Of a stretch of 64,000 bases of DNA, positions 1 through 9,912 are shown in pieces; position 1 is the stretch's first letter; each line of letters begins with the position of its first letter. Both the position numbers and the translations under genes were made by a program. Source of the DNA: an uncultured Bdellovibrio sp. (GTDB taxonomy: Bacteria > Bdellovibrionota > Bdellovibrionia > Bdellovibrionales > Bdellovibrionaceae). The notes beneath the pieces are model-generated. The model ran no database searches. It was given only the letters and a program-made list of their open reading frames with translations, and was not told the origin of the DNA. The stretch is from the NCBI GenBank assembly GCA_963932905.1, contig CAWVRN010000003.1:64001-128000 (forward strand), read 5' to 3'.

Positions 1-2172
1 CCTATTGTTACCATTCCTATTGCAGTTCTTCTCTCTTTCCTTCCTCTTTGGCTATTAGGTCAAAGCGCTAACATCATGCTCTTAGCCGGTATTGCGATAT
101 CCATTGGTGTTCTTGTCGATGGCGCGATTGTGGAAGTTGAAAATGCCTATCGAAAAATTCAGCTTTGGGATGAAGGCGGACGCAAAGAGAGTTTTTTTAA
201 AGTCAGGCTTGAGGCTTTGACTGAAGTAGGTCCTTCGGTTTTCTTCTCTCTTCTTGTGATTGCGGTTGCCTTTCTTCCCATTTTCACCCTGGTGGATCAA
301 GAAGGTCGTCTATTTAGACCACTAGCACTCTCAAAAAACCTGGCGATGGGGATTGCTGCACTTCTTGCTATCACTTTAGATCCTGCGATGCGAATGCTTT
401 TTGCTCGGCCCGATAATTTTAAAGGCCCATATACTTGGCTCAATTCGATCGGAAATGTTCTTCTTGTTGGAAAATACTATTCTGAACACAAGCATCCGAT
501 CAGCCGCAGACTTTTTGCTATTTATGAGCCAGTTTTGCACTGGGTTCTGGAGAGAAAGAAGTTTGTTCTTTCTATTGCATTTACTGCTGTTCTTTCGATT
601 TTTCCTGGCTTTGCGATGCTGGGAACAGAGTTTATGCCAACTCTCCATGAAGGTAGCTTGCTCTATATGCCGACCGCCCTTCCTGGGCTTTCTGTTTCTG
701 AAGCGCAAAGAATTTTAACGGTTCAAGATCAAATCCTTAAATCTTTTCCGGAAGTGGATACCGTCTTTGGAAAAGCTGGACGTGCAGAAACTTCAACTGA
801 TACAGCACCGCTATCGATGATTGAAACGACGATTGTTCTTAAACCGAAATCTGAGTGGCGAAAAGAAAACCGTTTTTATTCATCTTTGCCAGAAATTCTT
901 AAGGCGCCGTTAACGCGAATTTGGCCAGAAACGATTTCAGAAGAAGCACTTGTGAGTGAAATGAATGAGAAGCTCAGCTTCCTTGGAATGCCAAATATCT
1001 GGACTATGCCGATTAAAAACCGAATCGATATGCTTTCAACCGGTATCAGAAGCCCAATTGGTGTGAAAGTTTTTGGCTCGGATGTAAAGACAATCGAGAA
1101 GATCGGACGCGAACTTGAGAGTGTAATTCAAAAACTAGAAGGCGCAAGAACCGTCGTCGCCGAACGAATTGCGAGCGGCTATTTTTTAGATATTGATTTT
1201 GATCGTAACAAACTTAAAACCTATGGCCTCTCACTAAAAGAAGCGCAAGACCAAGCCATGGCAGCTATTGGCGGAGAAAACGTTTCAACCGCTTTGATGG
1301 GCCGAGAACGCTATCCGATCCAAGTTCGCTTTGCTGCTGATTTTCGCCAAGACATCGAACGAATCAATCGAGTCTTGATTTCAGCTCCCACGGGAGCTCA
1401 GCTTCCCTTAGGGGAAATCGCTAAAGTGAAAGTTAACGACGGCGCTTCCATGATCCGTGATGAAAACGCATCTCTTGTTGGTTACGTGTATGTCGATATT
1501 GATCCATCAAAAATCGATATTGGTAGTTTTGTTGAACACGCTAAGAAAGCCGTTAGTGACCAGGTTAAACTCCCGACAGGCTACACGCTTGCTTGGAGCG
1601 GCCAATACGAAAACATGGAACGAGTTAAAGAGCGCCTTAAAATCGTAATCCCTTTGACGCTTTTCCTTATTATTCTGCTTCTGCATTTTAATACCAAGTC
1701 GTGGATAAAAACTGGAATTATTCTATTAGCCGTTCCATTCTCGCTGATTGGCGCAGTGTGGATTTTAGTGGCGCTCGACTACAATCTTTCCATTGCGGCC
1801 TGGGTTGGAATGATTGCACTTCTTGGCCTTGATGCTGAGACCGGTGTTTTTATGCTGATGTATTTAGATCTATCTTATCATGATCGCGAAAAACGAGGTT
1901 TAATGAAATCCCGAAAAGATCTTCACGATGCTGTGATTGAAGGTGCGGTTCATAGAGTTAGACCAAAGCTAATGACCGTTATGGCTCTATTTATGGGGCT
2001 TATCCCAATCATGTGGTCTATCGGCGCTGGCGCTGATGTCATGAAACGAATTGCAGCCCCGATGATTGGTGGGCTTTTCACTTCGTTCATTTTAGAGCTG
2101 CTCATTTATCCAGTTATATTTTATATTTGGAAAGAAAAAGAACTTTTAACACAAACTAAGGAGATAACATGA
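1..2172 (+). CDS. cusA: CusA/CzcA-family heavy-metal RND efflux permease, Cu/Ag type (5' partial)
   Basis: Frame is open from base 1 (PIVTIPIAV...); RND motifs GVLVDGAIVEVEN, GTEFMP, RVRPKLMT, RIAAPMIGG; Met-rich periplasmic segments (LLYMP, PLSMIET). Confidence 0.9.
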   Translation, partial: PIVTIPIAVLLSFLPLWLLGQSANIMLLAGIAISIGVLVDGAIVEVENAYRKIQLWDEGGRKESFFKVRLEALTEVGPSVFFSLLVIAVAFLPIFTLVDQEGRLFRPLALSKNLAMGIAALLAITLDPAMRMLFARPDNFKGPYTWLNSIGNVLLVGKYYSEHKHPISRRLFAIYEPVLHWVLERKKFVLSIAFTAVLSIFPGFAMLGTEFMPTLHEGSLLYMPTALPGLSVSEAQRILTVQDQILKSFPEVDTVFGKAGRAETSTDTAPLSMIETTIVLKPKSEWRKENRFYSSLPEILKAPLTRIWPETISEEALVSEMNEKLSFLGMPNIWTMPIKNRIDMLSTGIRSPIGVKVFGSDVKTIEKIGRELESVIQKLEGARTVVAERIASGYFLDIDFDRNKLKTYGLSLKEAQDQAMAAIGGENVSTALMGRERYPIQVRFAADFRQDIERINRVLISAPTGAQLPLGEIAKVKVNDGASMIRDENASLVGYVYVDIDPSKIDIGSFVEHAKKAVSDQVKLPTGYTLAWSGQYENMERVKERLKIVIPLTLFLIILLLHFNTKSWIKTGIILLAVPFSLIGAVWILVALDYNLSIAAWVGMIALLGLDAETGVFMLMYLDLSYHDREKRGLMKSRKDLHDAVIEGAVHRVRPKLMTVMALFMGLIPIMWSIGAGADVMKRIAAPMIGGLFTSFILELLIYPVIFYIWKEKELLTQTKEIT

Positions 2173-2501
2173 AAAATATATTAATCGCTCTCGTTGCAAT
2201 TTTTGGTTTACAGATGGCCTATGCGAAGGAAGAGACAAAGACAATCGCACTAAAGGTAACTGAAAATGGATTTGAACCCAGCGAGATCAAGGTTAAACCA
2301 GGAACTCACGTTATTCTAAACGTAACACGAATAACCAACAACACGTGTGCGACGTCCATCCAAGTAAAGGAAAAGAAAATTAAGGCCGAATTAAAAGAAC
2401 AAAATAAAATGGTTCCAGCTGATCTTGGGGTTGTTCAAAAAGGCAACATTCGCTTTGCCTGCGGTATGGATATGATTACAGGTCACATTGTTGTTGAGTA
2501 A
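2169..2501 (+). CDS. Secreted cupredoxin-domain protein
   Basis: Signal peptide, GFEPSEI, C-terminal FACGMDM copper motif; ATGA overlap with cusA stop. Confidence 0.8.
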   Translation: MKNILIALVAIFGLQMAYAKEETKTIALKVTENGFEPSEIKVKPGTHVILNVTRITNNTCATSIQVKEKKIKAELKEQNKMVPADLGVVQKGNIRFACGMDMITGHIVVE

Positions 2502-2590
2502 CAGCTAATGCTAAACATGTCACAAACTTTGCATCCTCATCGTATTAAGTAATATCCGCAGATGATTTCTGCGTTAATTAAGGAGGTATT

Positions 2591-2950
2591 ATGAAAAACA
2601 TGATAGTCGCAATAGTAGGATTGCTGGCACTAAATTCTTTTGGTGCCAAAACAGTTAAGTACTCCCCTACTAACTCAAACACACAAGAAGTAAAAATTGA
2701 GTTAGGAGCATCGGATGGATTAAAAGTAGGCGATAAAATCAGAGCCTTAGAAAAAGATTGCACATTTGACGGGCGATCAAAAGGCTGTGGATACACAACT
2801 GTCGGATTCTTGACCGTTGAAAAAGTAGATGGTGAGAAATCAGTGATTGCTAAACCCGATTCTGATTTAAAACTGAATGAAAACATTTATTTTGAGAAAG
2901 ATAGCACTTGCCAAGATAAACGCACATCACGTGATAAAGGATGTTATTAG
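2591..2950 (+). CDS. Secreted hypothetical protein with 4 Cys; paralog of 32026-32382
   Basis: AGGAGG RBS, signal peptide, shared G.KVGDKIRA...C...SKGC...GFLTV motif. Confidence 0.7.
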   Translation: MKNMIVAIVGLLALNSFGAKTVKYSPTNSNTQEVKIELGASDGLKVGDKIRALEKDCTFDGRSKGCGYTTVGFLTVEKVDGEKSVIAKPDSDLKLNENIYFEKDSTCQDKRTSRDKGCY

Positions 2951-2958
2951 TCTTATTG

Positions 2959-2994
2959 GAACCTCTCCATACCATTAAAGAGATGGAGAGGTTC
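2959..2994 (+). terminator. Intrinsic terminator-like hairpin
   Basis: GAACCTCTCCAT-12 nt-ATGGAGAGGTTC followed by T-rich tract, just after the stop. Confidence 0.7.
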
Positions 2995-3162
2995 TAATTT
3001 TAAAATGTTATTTAACTAAAAAACTAAGCAAAAATAAATTTTTCTGCAATTCGACAAGTTAATCATTTCTTATAGGCAAGACTAACGCCTTAAATTAATC
3101 CAACTTCGCTGTTTTTTTTAGATAGAGTTCAAATTTTTAGATTTTTTTCCGATTAGTCATTT

Positions 3163-3906
3163 ATGAAAAAAATTCTATTAATTTTATCAGTTTTCTTTGC
3201 GTTTGGTTGTTCAAAGTCAGATATCGATGTCAGTGATTTGGCCTCAACGGATATGGATCACATTGGCGAAGAACCGATTGGCTTGCCAGATGATATTCCT
3301 CCTGCACCTGAAGTTTCTAATCCAGAAGTAAGCTCTAGATCTTCAAATTTTTCGTTAAATAAGAATCCGCTGCAATTAGCCAATGGCCTTGCTCAAGTTT
3401 GGAATGGCTGCGATTCAAATTCAAATGTAATGGGTGGATACAACAGTGATACAATTTGCGGAAAAGGATACTTTCACCCGCTTTTTGCTCAACACTTGAA
3501 TAAGTATTTTTTCGAATGCGTTGAAGATGCCGCCGAGGCTGCGAAACTCCCTGCGCCAGTGCAAGTTTTTGTTAGGCACCTAGGAACATACTCAAACCGA
3601 AACGGTCGAGGATCTAGCGCATTGAGTATGCATGCCTATGCGCGCGCTATCGACATAGCTCAATTTAACTTGTTAGATCGAACAGGACAAATAACAAAAA
3701 TTAGCAACGAAATGAAAAATTACAAAGGGGCTACCTCAATTTTTTACGATAGCTTTAGAGCGTGCTGGAAGTCCTCACTTCCAGCAACTTGTATCCCTGG
3801 AAAGAAAGAATACAATGGTTCAATTGGACACCCTCTTTCTTCCTTGGGCGGCAACAATTTACACACGCGCCATATACATCTCTCATTTCCTTTTTGCGCC
3901 GAGTAG
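3163..3906 (+). CDS. Extensin-like C-terminal domain lipoprotein (M15/LAS peptidase-like)
   Basis: Lipobox AFGC; GTYSNR, SMHAYARAIDI and HTRHIHL motifs. Confidence 0.7.
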   Translation: MKKILLILSVFFAFGCSKSDIDVSDLASTDMDHIGEEPIGLPDDIPPAPEVSNPEVSSRSSNFSLNKNPLQLANGLAQVWNGCDSNSNVMGGYNSDTICGKGYFHPLFAQHLNKYFFECVEDAAEAAKLPAPVQVFVRHLGTYSNRNGRGSSALSMHAYARAIDIAQFNLLDRTGQITKISNEMKNYKGATSIFYDSFRACWKSSLPATCIPGKKEYNGSIGHPLSSLGGNNLHTRHIHLSFPFCAE

Positions 3907-3999
3907 CTCAACTAGTGACTTGTTCAAAGAAACCTATTTTACTTATTTAAACGCAGTAAAACTGGGTCTTCTATTTATCACAAACTTTATATTTTTAGG

Positions 4000-4605
4000 C
4001 TACTCTCGCATCCTTTGCATTTCGCCAATTTCACGCGCTTGCGTATTTATAATATCCATTGCCATTTCCTTTAAATCCTCACGAGTTAAATGTGGCAATG
4101 ACTGATGGGCCGACGGAATTCCCGAGGCATGATGAGGAATCATGGTGTCGATAAATGCTATATCTAACGCGGCTCCAGACAAAGAACGAAGAGTCATCAT
4201 GTCTTTGTCCATATGAGGGTCTTTCATCATCGGACTATTCGAATTTCCGGTCAGTTGCTTGCGGGCTGCACTTAGAACTCTCAATTCTTCCGTTTGCGCT
4301 AAAATAATTTTCTGAGCCAGTGAACGAAGTTCTGAATTTGATCCACGTGCTACAACTTCTTTAGCCATTTCAACTGCCATCATATGGTGGGGTTGAAACA
4401 TATCGATAAATTGAAGGTTTGTTTTAGGGGTATAAGAAACTCGGGTATCGGGGCAACTTTTTCCCACCATTCCACCTCCTGATTCTTTTCCCATAGGAAA
4501 ATTTGAACCAAATGAACCTATCGCCTGAGAATCGATAGCCATAGAAGCGACCGAAACTAGAATAACCGTTAAACTCTTTTTAAGAAATGTAGATTGCGTA
4601 TTCAT
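4000..4605 (-). CDS. DUF305 (CopM-like) secreted protein
   Basis: Two MxxHH..A..M repeats (MFQPHHMMAVEM, MIPHHASG); signal peptide. Confidence 0.85.
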   Translation of the reverse strand: MNTQSTFLKKSLTVILVSVASMAIDSQAIGSFGSNFPMGKESGGGMVGKSCPDTRVSYTPKTNLQFIDMFQPHHMMAVEMAKEVVARGSNSELRSLAQKIILAQTEELRVLSAARKQLTGNSNSPMMKDPHMDKDMMTLRSLSGAALDIAFIDTMIPHHASGIPSAHQSLPHLTREDLKEMAMDIINTQAREIGEMQRMRE

Positions 4606-4735
4606 ATTTTTTACCTCGTTGTTTTTAAGTTTTGAGTGTTAAGTAATTCGCTTATCGAAAACCTTTTGTAGAATTTTCCAAGAGAATGGTACCTATATAC
4701 CCTACTAACCCGCTATACAAAGCAGGCAGTTTGAT

Positions 4736-5224
4736 TTAGTGTTTTTCAGTCATTTTTTTTAGCTTTTCTTTTTCCTGCCCTTGTTTTTGAGCCGTTTGCA
4801 AAGCAAACTGTTTTATCTTTTCGTTTTTTATTTCGGGCGACATTTTTTCAACCATATCAATCCCATCTTGGTGGTGCTTAGCCATCATTTCGGAAAAAGC
4901 TGCGTCGAATGCGTGCCCCTTTGAACTTTCTAAATCTTTCATATCCATCATGGGCATTTCCGAAGAACTCTTTTGCACTGAAGAAAACAGTTCTTTGCGC
5001 CACGATTTCATTTGATCAATTTCTTTAGATTGATCTTTCACCATCATTCGAGCCATTTTTTTAAGTTCTGGATTTTCGGCCTTTTTTTCAGCCATTTTCG
5101 CCATCTTAATCGCATCCATATGGTGTTCGCTGAATTGATCCAGGAATTTAGCATCGGTCGGAACAGATGTCTGAGCAAAAGCTGCAAAACAGAAAAATAC
5201 CGCCGCTGTACAAATTGACTTCAT
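4736..5224 (-). CDS. DUF305 (CopM-like) secreted protein
   Basis: FSEHHMDAIKMA and MAKHHQDGIDM repeats; signal peptide; GGAGG RBS. Confidence 0.85.
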   Translation of the reverse strand: MKSICTAAVFFCFAAFAQTSVPTDAKFLDQFSEHHMDAIKMAKMAEKKAENPELKKMARMMVKDQSKEIDQMKSWRKELFSSVQKSSSEMPMMDMKDLESSKGHAFDAAFSEMMAKHHQDGIDMVEKMSPEIKNEKIKQFALQTAQKQGQEKEKLKKMTEKH

Positions 5225-5257
5225 AAATCCTCCTTCAAGGGCTTTGTTAATATATAT

Positions 5258-5734
5258 TTATAGTCGATTAAGAATGGCCTTCATTTGGTCAACTTCCTTC
5301 TGCTGGCCTTGCATAATCGTACTGCAAAGATTTTTAATTTCTTCATCGTTGATATTTGCTTCTTTGCACATGAGAATCGCACCTGCGTGGTGCGGAATCA
5401 TAGAACGTAGAAATTGTTTGTCTCCGACGCCTGATTGAAAACGAATCAGCGCGAAGAATAAGACCCCTGCCAGGATGCTTGACACTACAATCGCTAAGTT
5501 CTTCTTTTTGTTTGGATACATCATTTTCATCAAAACCATTTCAATAAAAACCATCGGCGCAGTCATAAGTGCCGCCATATAAACCTGATTAAAACTGCTG
5601 TAGACATTCTCAAAACGATCAACCATCGAGTACATCAGGACATACATCGAAATAAACGAGAGTACGGTCATGATGGCTAGATGCTTGTAGTGCATGTTGC
5701 CGTGATCATTGTGATCCATATTTTTGCCCTGCAT
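5258..5734 (-). CDS. Membrane-bound DUF305 protein
   Basis: His/Met-rich N-terminus, 3 TM segments, FLRSMIPHHAGAILMC; ATG at 5734 preferred over TTG at 5791. Confidence 0.8.
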   Translation of the reverse strand: MQGKNMDHNDHGNMHYKHLAIMTVLSFISMYVLMYSMVDRFENVYSSFNQVYMAALMTAPMVFIEMVLMKMMYPNKKKNLAIVVSSILAGVLFFALIRFQSGVGDKQFLRSMIPHHAGAILMCKEANINDEEIKNLCSTIMQGQQKEVDQMKAILNRL

Positions 5735-5819
5735 AGTTACCCCCAATTTAACTCGAAAAAAAATAGATTCAGGGAATAATTCCCCGAACAACCTAAATTC
5801 CCACTGTTAAAATATAAGG

Positions 5820-5836
5820 AGCAAATTCAAAGCCAA
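5820..5836 (-). promoter_or_regulatory. Putative sigma54 -24/-12 promoter for the DUF305 genes
   Basis: Minus strand TTGGCTTTGAATTTGCT = GG-N10-GC. Confidence 0.55.
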
Positions 5837-5880
5837 GTATTGGTTTGATGACTAAATACTGCGACGCTGCCGCTAGAAAA

Positions 5881-8154
5881 TTAAAACTGATATTCTATGC
5901 CAGCGCCGATACTGTTTCTCGTAAACATGAAACCTGCGGTCCAGGACCAACTAGAAGAATACATAAGAGAAGATTCAATTTCGAGTTCGGATTCTCCACC
6001 TTGATCACCCGGTCGCCAAGTTACTTCAACATCTGAGAGTATATTCGTTGTCCACTGAAACTTTCTATTTACGTCTAAGCGAAACTGACCCTTGTGATTA
6101 ATTAGAAAGTTGGTCTCAAATAAGAATGGTAGTGTGTATCCTATTCCCGCGACCCCATAATATTTTGTGCCGTAACTGGTTCCACCTAATACTAGATTAG
6201 TCCAATTACTTATCCATCTCCGATACAGTAAATCGCCTTCGGCTTCCCAATTTTTTTCGAAAGAAAAATTTTTTCCTTCTCTGTTTGCCCCTTCAATCCT
6301 TGCGTCAACTTGGTTCCAACTCTGGGAAACCCTAAAGGCACCTTGTGCGTGATTAGACGAAAGTTCTAACTTTCCCTTGGTATACCAAGGGTCAACCCGA
6401 TGATGATCCATTTTTTCGTGGGCAAGGATTTCAGGAGGGGAAATGAAATTTGAGTATTTCACAACTTTCGCCATCCCAGCGTCCATATGATAAAGATTAT
6501 GACAATGTAACATCCACTGCCCAGGCTCATCCGCATAAAAAACAATGGTTCTTGACGACATTGGCGGAACATCAACTGTGTGCTTAAGGGGAGAGAAATC
6601 GCCATTTTCGTTTATAACCCGAAAAAAATGTCCATGAAGATGCATCGGGTGATGCATCATACTGTTATTTTGATAAGTAATGCGAACAACCTCGCCTGGG
6701 TTGATAATAATAGTTCGATCCTCCATTATCGTTTTCCCATTGATAAGCCAGACATAGCGTCTCATATCTCCATCTAGAACTAATTTTAGTTCATGAACTT
6801 TTACATTTTTCGGTAAACTCATAGGATTTAGCGCCTTTAAATTATCAACATTCAGCAATTCAACAGGTGCGTCTTTACTATCCTTTTTTTCTTCAGCAGG
6901 TTTGGTCGAATGATTCATGCCTGGCATGTTGTCCATTTCGCTTTCAGTTTCCATGGTGTGACTAGAATTTGGTTTCGATTTTGATTCACTTCCATGTTTC
7001 AAACTTTGTTCTTTACCATTCATATCCATATTCATATTTGAATGATCAACTTCTTTTGTTTTAGACGACTCTTCTTTCCCCATCGAAGAATGATCCATCG
7101 TAGACATTCCTGAATGCTCCATCACCGAATACAAATCGGGCTTTTCAACATCAGGCGCTAGGATTTTTTTTCCCATACCGATCCATCCAGATGAAAAACC
7201 GGTTCCATCTTGTGCAGTGGCGCGTAGCTCATAATTACTATGGTCTGGTACTTGAAAAAGGATGTCGTAAGTTTCAGCCATTCCAATGAGAACTTCATTT
7301 GCGCTTATGGGCTCTACGTCAATACCATCGGCCGAAATAATTTTCATAGGAAGTCCACCTAGAGACACTCGAAAGTAAGTAGAAGAGGCTGCATTCACAA
7401 TTCTGATTCGAATCTTTTCTCCTGGATGAGCTTCTAGAAGCTGCACGTCACGCTTGCCGTTAATTAGAAATGCATCATACCCGACATCTGAAAGATCCAT
7501 GCCCCCCATGCGTGACCACTCATTCCGAAACTGATTTTTCAGTTTTCCGGACTCAATAGCTCCAAAGTAAGAGCGCATCGTACCTTTTTTAAAGGTGTAG
7601 TAATCGCCATCTTTTTTTAGATTTCTCAGAATTTGATCCGCATTCTCATCCGACCAATCACTTAAAACAGCCACGATTTCCTTATCGGTTTTAATCGTTT
7701 CTTTTCTTGGGTGAATGACAATCGCACCATAAACGCCCTTTTGCTCTTGAAGCATTGTATGCGAGTGATACCAATAGGTTCCGTTTTGCCGAATCTTAAA
7801 CTTAAAAGTTCGTGACTGACCCCGGTAAATTGGAGGGGTATTTACAAAAGGAACGCCATCTTCTAAGGGCGGAAGCAAAATACCGTGCCAATGAATCGAA
7901 ACATCTTCGCCCGTCGGTATACTATTTTTTACCGTAATTTCGGCGTCATCTCCTTCGGTAAATTCAAGTGTCGGCGCCGGTATTCCTCCATTTACAAGTA
8001 TGGAAAAATCAACTTCCTTTTTTCCGGTAATATTAACTGGAGACTGAGTCACGTTTAGTTCATAACGGACCACTTTAGCAGTGGCCCGCTGACAAAATAA
8101 AATTACAAGAATGTTTAGACTAAAAATTAGAGCTCTCAAAAAAACCTCCCTCAA
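5881..8154 (-). CDS. Multicopper oxidase (CopA/PcoA-like) with Met/His-rich linker and C-terminal beta-barrel-like domain
   Basis: HWHG, WYHSH, HPMHLHGH and HCHNLYHM copper motifs; amphipathic beta C-terminus ending in YQF. Confidence 0.9.
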   Translation of the reverse strand: MREVFLRALIFSLNILVILFCQRATAKVVRYELNVTQSPVNITGKKEVDFSILVNGGIPAPTLEFTEGDDAEITVKNSIPTGEDVSIHWHGILLPPLEDGVPFVNTPPIYRGQSRTFKFKIRQNGTYWYHSHTMLQEQKGVYGAIVIHPRKETIKTDKEIVAVLSDWSDENADQILRNLKKDGDYYTFKKGTMRSYFGAIESGKLKNQFRNEWSRMGGMDLSDVGYDAFLINGKRDVQLLEAHPGEKIRIRIVNAASSTYFRVSLGGLPMKIISADGIDVEPISANEVLIGMAETYDILFQVPDHSNYELRATAQDGTGFSSGWIGMGKKILAPDVEKPDLYSVMEHSGMSTMDHSSMGKEESSKTKEVDHSNMNMDMNGKEQSLKHGSESKSKPNSSHTMETESEMDNMPGMNHSTKPAEEKKDSKDAPVELLNVDNLKALNPMSLPKNVKVHELKLVLDGDMRRYVWLINGKTIMEDRTIIINPGEVVRITYQNNSMMHHPMHLHGHFFRVINENGDFSPLKHTVDVPPMSSRTIVFYADEPGQWMLHCHNLYHMDAGMAKVVKYSNFISPPEILAHEKMDHHRVDPWYTKGKLELSSNHAQGAFRVSQSWNQVDARIEGANREGKNFSFEKNWEAEGDLLYRRWISNWTNLVLGGTSYGTKYYGVAGIGYTLPFLFETNFLINHKGQFRLDVNRKFQWTTNILSDVEVTWRPGDQGGESELEIESSLMYSSSWSWTAGFMFTRNSIGAGIEYQF

Positions 8155-8211
8155 GAATTCACGGTTTATGACTCCAAGCGAAGATCGAAAGACGGGACAC
8201 TTGAAACATTT

Positions 8212-9309
8212 CTACAAATATATATTAAACATTAGCCAGCCGAAGTCAGTAGTTTCCTGCATATAAGACTTTTCCTTTCCTAAGAAAAGCATCAAATCAA
8301 AATGCGGATAAGGAAGCCACTGAGCACCAACTCCATAAGAGTCAAGCTGAGAATTTCGGTCAGAATTATCTAAGTTAGAACGATCAAATTGAATAAACGG
8401 AGTGAGACCCTTGACGGCTTCATAGCCGAGCCGTGAAAAGGAGGCATAGCCTCTTTGATGACTGGAATCACTTTTAAGAGTTTTATCTTGAAGAAAAACT
8501 TCTGTGTTCAAAAACAGTTTTTCGGTAATACTTATGGTCGCGTAGGGACCAAAAACAGTTCTATCGAAATCGCTTTGTCTGCCTTGGTAGGCACTTAAGC
8601 CAAGCCTAGAATTGTTTTTCCAAAAGTAACTTGAATTAAGAGAAACGCCTTGATCTTTTTTGACTGATTTTTCTTCTGGCGAATTCGAAATTAAAGTCAG
8701 TGTTTGATTGAACGATTCGCCAATGTAGTTCATCTCCAAATTGTAGGACTCAGATCCTTGGTCCCAACCTAATCCTCTGCGGGTGGCAGTGACATGATCC
8801 GGTCCGTTTAACCCAAATGACTGCATAAACTTTCCGATGCGGCCCACGACTTGATCAGTAAAGCGGTAAAGCGCGTAATGCCTACGAGAGAAAAATTCTT
8901 TTAAATCCTGAGAACTGTCATTTGCTCGAAAACCAAAAGTTGAGATGATCGCAAATTTCTCAAAATCAGCTCCAACCTCATAGTCTGCCTGCATGGGCAC
9001 AAACTTGGCCTTTTCAACTTTTGGAGTGTTTCGAAAAGTTTGCACACCTCGAAAAAAAATCTGTTGTCTTAACCATTGGATCTTTGATTCATCCTCAGGA
9101 TTAGAGAACAAAAATCCAGAGATTTTTGTGGAACCCCAGGTGCTCATCAATTCGTTAGAAAGTGATCTTCCGTAGAGAGTTAGAACTCCTCCGCCAGATG
9201 GAGAAACATGGCAAGCCGTGCATGAAAAATACCCATGCCGTACATTTTCAGGAAAAGCACGAGCTTTAAAACCACATAAAAAAGAGATTAGAATTAAAAA
9301 AGACTTCAC
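8212..9309 (-). CDS. Putative outer-membrane beta-barrel protein with N-terminal CxxCH heme motif
   Basis: Signal peptide, CTACH, alternating aromatic beta strands, C-terminal MFNIYL. Confidence 0.6.
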   Translation of the reverse strand: MKSFLILISFLCGFKARAFPENVRHGYFSCTACHVSPSGGGVLTLYGRSLSNELMSTWGSTKISGFLFSNPEDESKIQWLRQQIFFRGVQTFRNTPKVEKAKFVPMQADYEVGADFEKFAIISTFGFRANDSSQDLKEFFSRRHYALYRFTDQVVGRIGKFMQSFGLNGPDHVTATRRGLGWDQGSESYNLEMNYIGESFNQTLTLISNSPEEKSVKKDQGVSLNSSYFWKNNSRLGLSAYQGRQSDFDRTVFGPYATISITEKLFLNTEVFLQDKTLKSDSSHQRGYASFSRLGYEAVKGLTPFIQFDRSNLDNSDRNSQLDSYGVGAQWLPYPHFDLMLFLGKEKSYMQETTDFGWLMFNIYL

Positions 9310-9899
9310 TTCACGATCTTCAAATCAACATTAATTTCTACTTCATCAGCAACTTTAATACCAATATAAGATGGAATATCAATTTTATGTGAAGTGATAG
9401 TGGTTTTTGTTTTTGCCTTTACAAGAATTTTTTTCTCGGTGGACTCGATATCAAACAATCCTTCAACATCAGATTCAGTATCATGAATTTTAAGTTTGCC
9501 TTTAAAAGGTAAGTCCTTATATACGAAAGTTGAGTTTATGGGGCTCTTCTCTAGTTTCAATTCTGAAATTTTCAATTCAGCATTTGGATATTTATCCGTT
9601 TGCAAATACTTATTTTTCATATGCTCATCACGAAGATCCACGCCAGTCGTAATTTCACTTAATGGTACAATAAAGTTGCCTGAGATTAGGGAATTATCTA
9701 TTTCCACCAATCCAGTCATTTTTCCACCCTTTCCATTAATTTTTAAAAGACTAGGTTTTCCAATAGCGATAAACTCTACCTGTGACTCTTGATCTTTAAT
9801 TTCAATTGTTTTTTTTAATATAACTGGAGCTTCTGTCTTATTCTCTTTTGCAAACAGACCAGCCGCAATAAAGACAAAACACAACAAATATTTTCCCAT
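9306..9899 (-). CDS. YceI-family lipid/polyisoprenoid-binding protein
   Basis: TGVDLRDEHM...YP motif and GKLKIH; ATG at 9899 after a GAGGG RBS. Confidence 0.8.
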   Translation of the reverse strand: MGKYLLCFVFIAAGLFAKENKTEAPVILKKTIEIKDQESQVEFIAIGKPSLLKINGKGGKMTGLVEIDNSLISGNFIVPLSEITTGVDLRDEHMKNKYLQTDKYPNAELKISELKLEKSPINSTFVYKDLPFKGKLKIHDTESDVEGLFDIESTEKKILVKAKTKTTITSHKIDIPSYIGIKVADEVEINVDLKIVK

Positions 9900-9912
9900 A
9901 CTTCCCTCGCAG

